Assembly: GCA_036260935.1 (NCBI GenBank)
Contig: DATALQ010000018.1
Coordinates: forward strand, 34,378-98,377
DNA length: 64,000 nt
Reading direction: 5' to 3'
Origin: Clostridia bacterium
GTDB lineage: Bacteria; Bacillota; Clostridia; Acetivibrionales; DTU013
This document shows, piece by piece, positions 26,039-35,477 of the stretch. Below the pieces are notes generated by a model that did not search any database, was not told the origin of the DNA, and worked only from the letters and a program-made list of their open reading frames with translations. Position 1 is the stretch's first letter. Each line of letters begins with the position of its first letter. The position numbers and the translations under genes are program-made.

Positions 26039-27439
26039 ATGGATGAAATTGTTCTCGGCTTTGCGCCCACAAGGAGAAGCATATTTTCGGCGCCGGACGC
26101 CGTCAGGTTTACCGGCTTGACGCGTAACAGGCTGCAAGAGCTCGGTGTTACTTTTGTTGACATAGATGATATCTCGGAGGATGGCCTGCTTCATAATGAG
26201 GAAGACAGAATAAAAATCGCAGCCAAATTCAAGGAAGCCAGGGTTGACGGCCTGTTCTTTCCGCACGGTAATTTCGGGACGGAATACGAGGTTGCACGGC
26301 TAGCAAAGGAACTGAATGTGCCTGTGCTTATCTGGGGGCCGAGAGACGAGCGCCCGGATGAAAACGGCATACGTCTGAGAGACAGCCAGTGCGGTTTGTT
26401 TGCGACGGGCAAGGTACTGCGCCGCTTTCAGGTGCCGTTTACCTATCTGTGCAACTGCCGTCTGTCCGATCCGGAATTCGAAAGGGGAGTCAGAAATTTC
26501 CTGGCGGTATGCAGCGCAGTAAAGGCATTCCGCTCCATAAGGATACTGCAGATCGGCCCCAGACCTTTTGACTTCTGGTCGACCATGTGCAATGAAGGGG
26601 AGCTGCTTGAAAAGTTCAATATACAGCTTGCTCCGATCCCTATGCCGGAACTCTCGGCAGAGGTTAAAAAGGCAAAACGGGAAGGTTCCGAAGTTAAAAA
26701 GGTCATTTCCTATTGCAAAGAGAATTTTGATATCAAAATAAAGGATGACGAACTGGAAAGTGTTGCGGCATTAAAAGTGGCTGTGCGGACGCTTGCCGGC
26801 AAATATGGCTGCAGGGCCGTTGCTATCCAGTGCTGGAACGCGCTTCAGGATGAGCTTGGCATTATGCCGTGTGCGGCCAACAGCTTGCTGAATGAGGAAG
26901 GTCTCCCCGTTGTATGTGAAACGGATATACACGGGGCGATAACAGCAATTTTGTGTGAAGCGGCAGGAATGGGCGAAGCCCGCACGTTCTTCGCGGATTG
27001 GACGGTACGCCATCCGGACAATGAGAACGGTGAATTGTTGCAGCATTGCGGGCCCTGGCCTGTTTCCTGCGCACGCTGCAAACCGGCGATCGGATACCCT
27101 CTTGCCTTCTCGCACCCGGGTGCGGTCGAATTCGAGGCAAAGCACGGCGATATGACACTCTGCCGTTTTGACGGAGACAATGGTGAATATTCCCTGCTTC
27201 TTGGAAATGCCAGGGGTGTAGAAGGACCGTATACCAAGGGAACCTACGTATGGGTGGAGGTAAAGAATCTGAAGCGGCTGGAGGCAAAAATCGTCGAAGG
27301 GCCCTATATCCATCACTGCGTGGGAATTCACAAGGATGTGGTGCCTGTTCTTTATGAAGCGTGTAAATACATCGGAATAGCCCCCGACCTGTACGACAAT
27401 AACGAAGAAGAGGTCAGGGCATATATCAGAGGAGAATGA
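26039..27439 (+). CDS. L-fucose/L-arabinose isomerase-family sugar isomerase (short, ~466-aa type)
   Basis: The N-terminal LGFAPTRRSIFS...VDIDDISEDGLL...VDGLFFPHGNFGTE pattern is typical of the COG2407 FucI-like family. Substrate unknown. Confidence 0.65.
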   Translation: MDEIVLGFAPTRRSIFSAPDAVRFTGLTRNRLQELGVTFVDIDDISEDGLLHNEEDRIKIAAKFKEARVDGLFFPHGNFGTEYEVARLAKELNVPVLIWGPRDERPDENGIRLRDSQCGLFATGKVLRRFQVPFTYLCNCRLSDPEFERGVRNFLAVCSAVKAFRSIRILQIGPRPFDFWSTMCNEGELLEKFNIQLAPIPMPELSAEVKKAKREGSEVKKVISYCKENFDIKIKDDELESVAALKVAVRTLAGKYGCRAVAIQCWNALQDELGIMPCAANSLLNEEGLPVVCETDIHGAITAILCEAAGMGEARTFFADWTVRHPDNENGELLQHCGPWPVSCARCKPAIGYPLAFSHPGAVEFEAKHGDMTLCRFDGDNGEYSLLLGNARGVEGPYTKGTYVWVEVKNLKRLEAKIVEGPYIHHCVGIHKDVVPVLYEACKYIGIAPDLYDNNEEEVRAYIRGE

Positions 27440-27483
27440 AACAGAGATGTACAATTTATTGTTTTATGTTAATATATCCATAT

Positions 27484-27503
27484 AAAACCATATATATGGT
27501 TTT
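27484..27503 (+). terminator. AT-rich perfect palindrome after the isomerase gene
   Basis: AAAACCATAT/ATATGGTTTT followed by GTCTCTTT. Low GC content makes it a weak terminator. Confidence 0.4.
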
Positions 27504-27552
27504 GTCTCTTTCGAGGCTGTGATGACTTAACGTAAAAGATGGAGAGTACAAG

Positions 27553-29121
27553 GTGTATAAAGTATTGCTGGTCGATGACGAGCCATCCGCTATAGAACGC
27601 CTTTCAATGCTGGACTGGGGTCGGTTTGGGTTCACTGTTTGTGGGACTGCGCAGAACGGTGAGGACGCTTTGGAAATAATCAAGCTCTGTGATCCCGACC
27701 TCGTCGTTACCGATTTAAAAATGCCTGTGATAGACGGCCTGAAGCTCATTGGCATATGCAGTGAAATATTGAATTCAACTGCCAAATTTGTCATATTGAG
27801 CGGTTACGGTGAGTTTGCCTATGCCCAGGAAGCCATGAAATATAACGCCGCAGGTTATATACTCAAACCATTTGTCGATACCGAGCTTGAAGAGACCATT
27901 TCTAAAATGGCGCAGCTGATCCGGAATGACAGAATGAGCAGGGAATATACCGAACATCGCCTGGCATTTGTGGCAAGACAGACATTACGGCGTATAACGG
28001 AAGGCGAAGTCAAGGCGCAGCTGCTCGAAAGGGCTGCGATGTTTCTAGGCATTGTCAGCGACGATCCGATAAAATGCCTCCTCATAAATGCCGGTACTCA
28101 TAAAACCGATGTCAGTATTGCGGATGACAGGGCGATGCTTTCTAACAGAAGTCAGGTCAGAAAAATAATTGAGTCTTCGGTCGGCGAGTTCAGGTACAAT
28201 CTCTTTGAAGACAGTGACGGCAGATTTGGCCTTATATTATGTGAGAAGATGCCCTTTTACAATGCGGCCGGTTCCTTCTCCATGGAGCTTGCCGGGCAGT
28301 TAAAAGGCTTGACGGACGGTCCCGTCCTACTCTCCCTGAGCGCGCCGGCGGCAGGCGTGGCCATGCTTCCCGAGATATACAGGCAAAGCAGGAGGGCGCA
28401 GGACTTTGCATGGTTTTTCGGCGAGGGCTGCCTTGTCAGATATGAAGCCATACAGGACAAAAATATGGACGACCTGCCGTGCATGGAAAGCCCCCGGGAG
28501 CTGATCGAGGTCGTAAGCAGGGAGGCCGCCGACAGGATTGAACTAACCGTAAGGCACCTGTTTGGCAGGTTTATGGAAGGTATGAAAGCCCCCGGTTCTG
28601 TGAGAGCTTTCGTCAAGAACTTTGAATTTGAAGCCGTCAACCTGATTGACGGACTTAATGGCAGTCCGGACGATCTTGCCCGAATATCCGCGGATTTCGA
28701 TAAAGTCGTGGAATCCCTTACAATGAAGAAGCTTCAGGACTCATTTCTGGAATTGTGTCTTCAGCTGGCGTTAAAGCTCAACTCGCTCAAACAAAGCAGC
28801 AACCGTGATATCATATCCGAATTGAAAAATTATATCAGGAACAACTTTAACAAGGATATTACACTGAAAGAGCTTGCTTCGGTATTCTTCATGAACCCAA
28901 TTTATTTGGGACAGCTTTTTAGAAAATCGACTGGAAAACAGTTCAATGAATATCTGCATGAAGTACGCATAGAAGAGGCGAAAAAGCTTTTGAAAAGGAC
29001 CGGGATGAAAATATCTGAGATTGCTCTGGCTGTAGGCTATAACGACCCGAAGTATTTTCTGAGCAAGTTCAGGTCGATCGCGAAACAAGCCCCATCGGAG
29101 TATAAGCTGAACAATACCTGA
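27553..29121 (+). CDS. Response regulator, REC + AraC-type HTH (YesN-like), copy 1
   Basis: 522 aa, GTG start with GGAGAG SD. MYKVLLVDDEP...LVVTDLKMPVIDG receiver. C-terminal AraC HTH (EIALAVGYNDPKYFLSKFR). Confidence 0.85.
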   Translation: MYKVLLVDDEPSAIERLSMLDWGRFGFTVCGTAQNGEDALEIIKLCDPDLVVTDLKMPVIDGLKLIGICSEILNSTAKFVILSGYGEFAYAQEAMKYNAAGYILKPFVDTELEETISKMAQLIRNDRMSREYTEHRLAFVARQTLRRITEGEVKAQLLERAAMFLGIVSDDPIKCLLINAGTHKTDVSIADDRAMLSNRSQVRKIIESSVGEFRYNLFEDSDGRFGLILCEKMPFYNAAGSFSMELAGQLKGLTDGPVLLSLSAPAAGVAMLPEIYRQSRRAQDFAWFFGEGCLVRYEAIQDKNMDDLPCMESPRELIEVVSREAADRIELTVRHLFGRFMEGMKAPGSVRAFVKNFEFEAVNLIDGLNGSPDDLARISADFDKVVESLTMKKLQDSFLELCLQLALKLNSLKQSSNRDIISELKNYIRNNFNKDITLKELASVFFMNPIYLGQLFRKSTGKQFNEYLHEVRIEEAKKLLKRTGMKISEIALAVGYNDPKYFLSKFRSIAKQAPSEYKLNNT

Positions 29122-29143
29122 TCAATCATAAAGGAGTTCATAA

Positions 29144-30928
29144 ATGAAACCGAGACTGGGTTTTTTCAACAGGATTAATGATATTCCTTTAAACTTCAAA
29201 TTTATTTTGATTTATGTCGTTTGTATACTTATCCCCATAATCAGTGTGAATGCGGTGCTGCTCGACAGACTGCTGAAGGTCGTGTATGAAAGGGAGGAGA
29301 ACAATTACAGAATTTCCTTCGATAGAAGCAGGGCCGATATTGTGAAGCTTTTAGAGGGAGGCGTGTCGGTAACCCATTCTATAGCGACAGATAACACGGT
29401 TTACGGCATTCTGGAACGGTCCTTCAAAAGCCAAAATGAATATTACGAGGTGTACGTCAGTCAGTTGAGAAACAGGTTCGACCCAAATTTTGCGGCATAC
29501 GATTATATCACCGGCATAAGTTTGTATATCGACAACCCTACGATAGTTTCCGGCGGAGTATACTTCCGCCTGGACGATAACGTCAAAAACACTTCCTGGT
29601 ACAAGAAAATGGAAGCCACACGCAAGGGTATTATGATAGACTCCTACATAGGTTCGACGTACAGTGTCCCGAAACAGCTGATACCTAATATAAGCATTAT
29701 CAGACGGGTGCAGGACTACCCCAGGCAAGGCTCTCTTGAAATAATGCTCAAGGTTGATATTGATACAGAGAAAATAAGGAGTATCTTAAGTGTCGAGAAG
29801 GATTATATCGATCTTTTCATTGTCAACGGCGACGGAGATATTATTTGCAGTGCTGATAATGAAGTATTCTCATACCCGGAAAACGGCTTTTTGAAGTATA
29901 ATCCCGACAACGGGGGCAAAAGGCTTGTCTTTAATGAACCTCTCTCGGATTCGTTTTATCTCGACGGTTGGAAGCTCGTCGGGATTGCCAATATGCAACT
30001 GTTAACCTCGGCTGCAAACAGGGTAGTGGGTTTTGTCATACTGGTCGGGATAATCTCTATGGTATTTTCCACTCTGCTGGTCTATATAATTGTACACTCT
30101 TACAACTACAGGCTTAAAAGGCTTTCCAGGCACATGCTGAGGCTCAGGGAAGGACAGTTCGACCTGATCGAGATGTACGAGGGAAAGGATGAAATAGGAG
30201 GCGTTATCAGGAATTTCAACATAATGGCCGAAAAAATAAACGCGCTTATAAATGACGTTTACAAGCTGGAAATACAAAAGAGAGACCTCGAGCTTGAAAG
30301 GGTACGGGCGGAGCTTAATTATCTGCAGAGCCAGATGAACCCGCATTTCCTTTTCAACACACTGAACGCACTGGTGGCGGATTGTTCAAAACAAAATTAC
30401 GAAGCCGTCTCCCAGGTCCTCAACTACCTTGCGAAGCCCCTAAGGCGGCTTACAAGCTGGAAGGACGACATTGTCATGATCGAGGAGGAAATTGCCTTTA
30501 CCGAAATGTACCTGAAGATCGAAAAATACCGGTTCAGGGAAAAGTTCTTTTACAATCTGGAAGTCGATGATGAGGCGAAAAAATACAGGATACCAAAAAT
30601 GTCTCTGCAACCGTTGGCGGAAAATGCCTGCAAGCATGGGATTCAGGATATCAAGGGAGCAGGTATCGTGTCCATTACAATTGCTATAGCGGATGGACAA
30701 CTGCGCGTCAGTGTGGAGGATAACGGAAAGGGAATGGAAGGTACCAAACTCGACGAGGTAATGCGCAATATCAGGGAAGAAGGCGAGCCCGGCTACAATA
30801 TCGGCATACGAAATGTTTACAGAAGATTGAAATTATACTATGGAGACGGTGTCACCTTCAATGTGGAAAGCCGTCTGGATTACGGCACCTGCGTCTCATT
30901 TACCATACCTGTCGAAAAACTTTTGTGA
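29144..30928 (+). CDS. Sensor histidine kinase (YesM-like: 2 TM, extracytoplasmic domain, HAMP, His_kinase, HATPase)
   Basis: 594 aa. TM1 FILIYVVCILIPIISV, ~260-aa external region, TM2 VGFVILVGIISMVFSTLLVYIIV. QMNPHFLFNTLN phospho-acceptor box. C-terminal ATPase (GIRNVYRRLKLYYG). Confidence 0.85.
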   Translation: MKPRLGFFNRINDIPLNFKFILIYVVCILIPIISVNAVLLDRLLKVVYEREENNYRISFDRSRADIVKLLEGGVSVTHSIATDNTVYGILERSFKSQNEYYEVYVSQLRNRFDPNFAAYDYITGISLYIDNPTIVSGGVYFRLDDNVKNTSWYKKMEATRKGIMIDSYIGSTYSVPKQLIPNISIIRRVQDYPRQGSLEIMLKVDIDTEKIRSILSVEKDYIDLFIVNGDGDIICSADNEVFSYPENGFLKYNPDNGGKRLVFNEPLSDSFYLDGWKLVGIANMQLLTSAANRVVGFVILVGIISMVFSTLLVYIIVHSYNYRLKRLSRHMLRLREGQFDLIEMYEGKDEIGGVIRNFNIMAEKINALINDVYKLEIQKRDLELERVRAELNYLQSQMNPHFLFNTLNALVADCSKQNYEAVSQVLNYLAKPLRRLTSWKDDIVMIEEEIAFTEMYLKIEKYRFREKFFYNLEVDDEAKKYRIPKMSLQPLAENACKHGIQDIKGAGIVSITIAIADGQLRVSVEDNGKGMEGTKLDEVMRNIREEGEPGYNIGIRNVYRRLKLYYGDGVTFNVESRLDYGTCVSFTIPVEKLL

Positions 30929-30941
30929 TAGAGGAGCGGCA

Positions 30942-32561
30942 ATGTACAAAGTATTGCTTGTCGACGATGAGCCCGCGGCTTTGGAGGCGCTAAGGCTGGC
31001 TGCGGACTGGGAGAGTCTGGGCTATGTCATATGCGGTGAGTGCAGCAATGGGGAGGAAGCTGTCAGGATGATAGAAAGTCTCTGGCCCGACCTTGTTGTC
31101 ACGGATGTCAGGATGCCGGTGATGGACGGCCTCGATCTTGTGCGGCACGCTGCGGAGCATATGAAAAGCGATTCGGAATTTGTCCTGGTAAGCGGGTATG
31201 ATGAATTCGAATATGCAAAAAGGGCTATAAAATACGGCATTCGGCATTATGTCCTGAAGCCTGTCACAAAGGAAGAATTTACGGCCGTTCTTGAAGAAGT
31301 CAGGGCCAGGTTCGGACAGCGGGACAGGCTGAAGGAGCTCGATGCCTGGAACAGGGATGTCGAAGCTTACGAATATTTTGAAAGGCTTATATCAGGCGTA
31401 CTTGAAGAGCATCCCGGCGGTGTCCGCCTGACTGAAGCGGCAGGGCACGGAGTCCTTTGGGCTTATGCCGTTGTTGAACCATACTTTTACAGAGCACTTG
31501 CTCGGGAATCGCCAGGCAGGATACATAAAAGCTGCAGCGACCTTAAGAGCGAACTCGAAATGCCTGAGAATCCATTCATTATCGCCCACATAGCCCCGTT
31601 GGAAAAAGAGGGGTATGGCTTGGTGCTGCGCTGCAACTGTGAGGGTAAGCACGAAATTGATAATGCCGCGGAAGCTATACAAGAAAATGCCGCGGAAGCT
31701 TCGCTTGCAGCTGCTTCGGAAGCTTTGCGGGCGAAGCTTTCCCGGATATTCCAGGCCAACTTCTATCTTGCGGTGAGCAACCCCGCAGATGCTCCCGGGC
31801 AGCTAAAAAAGCTTGTGAAGGAGGCCATGACGGCTTTGAGTTATCGCTGTTTCAAGCCGGCAGGAAGTATCCTTTTTTATAAGGACTGCGGCTCGTTAAG
31901 ACTCAATTACAGTCTTGACTGCATAGCTGGAAGGGACGATGTTTACGAATCGCTTGAAAGTCTTGACGCGGCAAGGCTTGCCGACTCAGTCGGGAAGGTA
32001 TTCGAAGGCTTTGCGGGGACATTTACGGCGCCTGAAGTCGTTGAGATTTACCTGGCGAATGTCATTTACAAATGTCTCGAATTGATTAAAAGCATGGGCG
32101 GCGATATCGAAGAAACGCTAAAAAGCTATCAGGGCGGAATGCTGAGCTTTTCCGGGCTCTCCCTGGATGAAGCGAAAAGCATTTTCGAGTGTTTTTGTAA
32201 GAGCGTCCTGGAGTCTCTGCTCAAATTGAAAAGCACAGAGAAGCAATCCGATATGCTCAGAGTGAGGGATTACATTTCAAGCCACTATAAAGGCAGTATA
32301 ACCATCAGGGAGATGTCGGGCTATTTGTTCGTCCACCCGGTTTATCTAGGGCACCTCATACATAAATGGTTCGGGTGCGGCTTCAACGAATACCTAAACA
32401 GGCTTCGAATAGATGAGGCCAAACGGCTGCTTTCCGATACGAACCGCAAGATCGGCGAAATTGCGGTCGAGGTGGGGTACGGAGAATACGGCACCTTCCT
32501 GAAGCAGTTCGAGAAATATGTCCGGATGAAACCGGCAGAATATAGAGACATTTGTAAATAA
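30942..32561 (+). CDS. Response regulator, REC + AraC-type HTH (YesN-like), copy 2
   Basis: 539 aa from ATG 30942 (GAGGAG SD). The listed start 30840 overlaps the kinase and is rejected. MYKVLLVDDEP...LVVTDVRMPVMDG receiver. C-terminal AraC HTH (EIAVEVGYGEYGTFLKQFEKY). Confidence 0.85.
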   Translation: MYKVLLVDDEPAALEALRLAADWESLGYVICGECSNGEEAVRMIESLWPDLVVTDVRMPVMDGLDLVRHAAEHMKSDSEFVLVSGYDEFEYAKRAIKYGIRHYVLKPVTKEEFTAVLEEVRARFGQRDRLKELDAWNRDVEAYEYFERLISGVLEEHPGGVRLTEAAGHGVLWAYAVVEPYFYRALARESPGRIHKSCSDLKSELEMPENPFIIAHIAPLEKEGYGLVLRCNCEGKHEIDNAAEAIQENAAEASLAAASEALRAKLSRIFQANFYLAVSNPADAPGQLKKLVKEAMTALSYRCFKPAGSILFYKDCGSLRLNYSLDCIAGRDDVYESLESLDAARLADSVGKVFEGFAGTFTAPEVVEIYLANVIYKCLELIKSMGGDIEETLKSYQGGMLSFSGLSLDEAKSIFECFCKSVLESLLKLKSTEKQSDMLRVRDYISSHYKGSITIREMSGYLFVHPVYLGHLIHKWFGCGFNEYLNRLRIDEAKRLLSDTNRKIGEIAVEVGYGEYGTFLKQFEKYVRMKPAEYRDICK

Positions 32562-32642
32562 TATGAGTTTTTTAGGTAGCGTTTCTTTATTTTAGCAAAT
32601 TGTTTTATATGCCTCCGAATCTATAATTTAATCAGATGTGTT

Positions 32643-32656
32643 CCGTTGCGCAACGG
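32643..32656 (+). promoter_or_regulatory. Perfect 14-bp palindrome CCGTTGCGCAACGG in the 5' leader of the binding-protein gene
   Basis: Lies about 16 nt downstream of a TATAAT box (32622-32627, with only a weak -35 TTGTTT) and 30 nt before ATG 32687. Confidence 0.4.
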
Positions 32657-32686
32657 CCAGCTGATTATTTAAAGGAGGGGCAAATA

Positions 32687-34414
32687 ATGATATTAAAGAA
32701 ACGATTTGTCTGGCTATTCATAGCAGTACTCTCATTTAGCCTGGCATTTTCCGGCTGCGGTTCCAGCAGCGATACCCCGGTTAATAACACAACCGATGCG
32801 GCAGTGACTCCCGCCTCCGGTACAACGGAAGCATCGGGTCAACCGGCAGATATAACACCGACAGAGATCAGTGTTTTTATCTCCGACCCGGGCCAACAGG
32901 CTCCTACACCGGACAACGCGGTATATAAAATGATACAGGAAAAACTGGGCGTGACCTTCCAATGGGACTTCCTGGTAGGCGACAAGGACCAGAAAATAGG
33001 CGTCATGATCGCGGGCGGAGACTATCCGGACTTATTGTTCGTAGATACGTACAGTAACCCGAAATTCATGTCGGCCGGCGCACTTATCCCGCTTGATGAT
33101 CTCATGAAGAACAATGCTCCGAATCTTTATGCACATTACAAGCCTGTATGGAATATAGCCAAGAATCCTGAAGATGGTAAATTCTATATCATGGCCAATT
33201 ACGGCGTACTTAAAGGTACCTATCAGGCGCCCAGGTGGGAGGGATCTGCGTTCTGGATTCAGAAGGCAGTACTTGCCGACGCAGGATATCCGGCGCCGCC
33301 CAAGACGTTGGACGAATATTTCAGCCTCATCGAGAATTATATGGCGAAGAACCCCACCATCGAAGGACAGCCTACCATTGGTTTTGAGACGCTGTGCGAG
33401 GGCTGGAGGGATTTCTGCCTCAAACACCCGCCCGAACACCTGATGGGCCGTCCGAACGATGGCGACACGACTGTCGTTAATGGTAAATGCACATCGTTCT
33501 GGGATACAAATGAAGCAAAGGTCTATTACAAGAAGCTCAACGAGGAGATGCAGAAGGGCATAATAGACCCCGAATTCTTCTCGCTCACCTATGACCAGTA
33601 TATAGCCAAACTGTCCTCGGGCGCTGTTCTCGGTCTTTTCGACCAGCATTGGGATTTCGGTAATAACGCCGAATTGAACCTCGCGAACGCAAACAAGGAC
33701 GAGAGGACCTGGATTCCCTGCGAATTGACCCTTCCGGGCTACAAGCCGTACTATCAGGATCAGCCTGTTGTAAATGTCAATACGGGTTTTGCCATTACAA
33801 AGAGCTGCAAGGACCCTGAAAGGGTAATCAAGTTATTTGATACTTTGATGACCGAAGAATGGCAGAAGATACTCGGATGGGGCTTGCCCGGCAAAGACTA
33901 CACTGTTGGCAGCGATGGAAAATTCACACTGACAACGGAACAGTCAAACCAGAATAACGATACCGCGTACAGGCTTGCAAACAGGGCTTACACGCTCTGG
34001 TACTACGGGCCCAAGATGGAAGGCACCTACTCCGACGGAAACGCCACCTCGCCCGGGCTCTCGCCTGAAGTATTCTATAATGGACTCCACCAGTACGACA
34101 AGGACTTCATGGCAAAATACAACCGCAAGACATGGGCCGAATTCCTGACTCCTGCACCGCCGAACCCCATATCCTATCCATTATGGCAAATCGACAAGGT
34201 AGCAGGCTCACTGGCAGATGTGGCGTGGAGCAAGTATAACGACGTCGGAACCAAGTATCTGCCCAGGCTGATACTTGCAGAACCCGACAAGTTCGACTCC
34301 ATGTGGACCGAATATGTCGACAGTCTCCACAAGATAGATTTGAAGCCTTATTATGACAGGATAGACAGCCAGCTGCAGTGGAGAGAGAAAAACTGGGCCC
34401 CTAACGCAGAATAA
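32687..34414 (+). CDS. Large extracellular solute-binding lipoprotein (LplA-like, CUT1 ABC system 1)
   Basis: 575 aa from ATG 32687 (AAAGGAGGGG SD). Lipobox LAFSGC. Size and pattern match polysaccharide/oligosaccharide ABC binding proteins. Confidence 0.85.
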   Translation: MILKKRFVWLFIAVLSFSLAFSGCGSSSDTPVNNTTDAAVTPASGTTEASGQPADITPTEISVFISDPGQQAPTPDNAVYKMIQEKLGVTFQWDFLVGDKDQKIGVMIAGGDYPDLLFVDTYSNPKFMSAGALIPLDDLMKNNAPNLYAHYKPVWNIAKNPEDGKFYIMANYGVLKGTYQAPRWEGSAFWIQKAVLADAGYPAPPKTLDEYFSLIENYMAKNPTIEGQPTIGFETLCEGWRDFCLKHPPEHLMGRPNDGDTTVVNGKCTSFWDTNEAKVYYKKLNEEMQKGIIDPEFFSLTYDQYIAKLSSGAVLGLFDQHWDFGNNAELNLANANKDERTWIPCELTLPGYKPYYQDQPVVNVNTGFAITKSCKDPERVIKLFDTLMTEEWQKILGWGLPGKDYTVGSDGKFTLTTEQSNQNNDTAYRLANRAYTLWYYGPKMEGTYSDGNATSPGLSPEVFYNGLHQYDKDFMAKYNRKTWAEFLTPAPPNPISYPLWQIDKVAGSLADVAWSKYNDVGTKYLPRLILAEPDKFDSMWTEYVDSLHKIDLKPYYDRIDSQLQWREKNWAPNAE

Positions 34415-34433
34415 CTCCACCTTACTTTGAATG

Positions 34434-34470
34434 TACCGGCAATCGGTAACGAGTCTGCCGATTGCCGGTA
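34434..34470 (+). other. Intercistronic 13-bp perfect stem-loop between binding-protein and permease genes
   Basis: TACCGGCAATCGG-N11-CCGATTGCCGGTA. There is no U-tract. Confidence 0.6.
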
Positions 34471-34511
34471 TAACATAATAATTGTACAGCATTCAGAAGG
34501 GATTTGTGACT

Positions 34512-35468
34512 ATGGACGCAATAGATTTGGAACGCTATAGAACAACGGTGTTATCGAGAAAAAAATCGTTCTGGACGACGCTCTTAAAGCAGAAGCAGCT
34601 TGTTTTCATGTCTGTTCCGGTACTTTTATATATTATTTTGTTTTTTTATGTGCCCACATTGGGTTGGGTTATGGCATTCCAGAACTTCCAGCCTGCCAAG
34701 GGCTTTTTACATTCGGCATGGGTCGGATTGAGCAACTTCAGGGTGCTTTTCGCGGATGCCGATTTTTACCGCGATTTCAGGAATTCAATATGCATGAGCA
34801 GTTTAAATCTGGTATTCAGTTTTTCTACCTCGATAGTACTTGCGCTGCTGCTTAATGAAATCAAAAACAGGTTTTTCAAAAGGGCGGTTCAGACCATATC
34901 CTACCTTCCACATTTCCTTTCATGGGTAATTGTATGCAGCCTGGTCGTATCCACGCTTTCGTTGGACGGCGCAGTAAACCAACTGCTCCTCGGTCTCGGC
35001 ATTATACAAAAACCTGTCGTTTGGCTGGGCCAGGGAAACTATTTCTGGGGTATCCTGACCTCCGCGAACGTCTGGAAGGAAGTCGGATGGAATACAATAA
35101 TATATCTTGCTGCAATCGCCGCCATAGATCCTGCTCTGTACGAGGCTGCGGTAATGGATGGGGCCAGCCGGTTCCAGAAGATGAGGTATATCACTCTTCC
35201 CGGGATAAAAACTACCTTCGTGATCCTTTTGATAATGTCTATAGGGTGGATAATGCAGGCGGGCTTTGAACCGCAATACCTTCTCAGAAACGGCATGAAT
35301 ATAGATTTTGCCGAAACCCTTGACCTTTACATAATCAAGTATGGCTTTCAAATGTCCAATTTTTCGTTGGCAACGGCCGCAGGCATACTTATGAGTACTA
35401 TTAATATTGCCATGCTGCTTACTGCAAATTACATTGCAAAAAAAGTCGGCGAAGAAAGGCTTATATAG
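34512..35468 (+). CDS. Sugar ABC transporter permease (LplB-like)
   Basis: About 318 aa. Six predicted TM segments. EAA-type loop (YEAAVMDGASRFQKMRYITLPGIK). Confidence 0.85.
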   Translation: MDAIDLERYRTTVLSRKKSFWTTLLKQKQLVFMSVPVLLYIILFFYVPTLGWVMAFQNFQPAKGFLHSAWVGLSNFRVLFADADFYRDFRNSICMSSLNLVFSFSTSIVLALLLNEIKNRFFKRAVQTISYLPHFLSWVIVCSLVVSTLSLDGAVNQLLLGLGIIQKPVVWLGQGNYFWGILTSANVWKEVGWNTIIYLAAIAAIDPALYEAAVMDGASRFQKMRYITLPGIKTTFVILLIMSIGWIMQAGFEPQYLLRNGMNIDFAETLDLYIIKYGFQMSNFSLATAAGILMSTINIAMLLTANYIAKKVGEERLI

Positions 35469-35477
35469 GGGGATACC

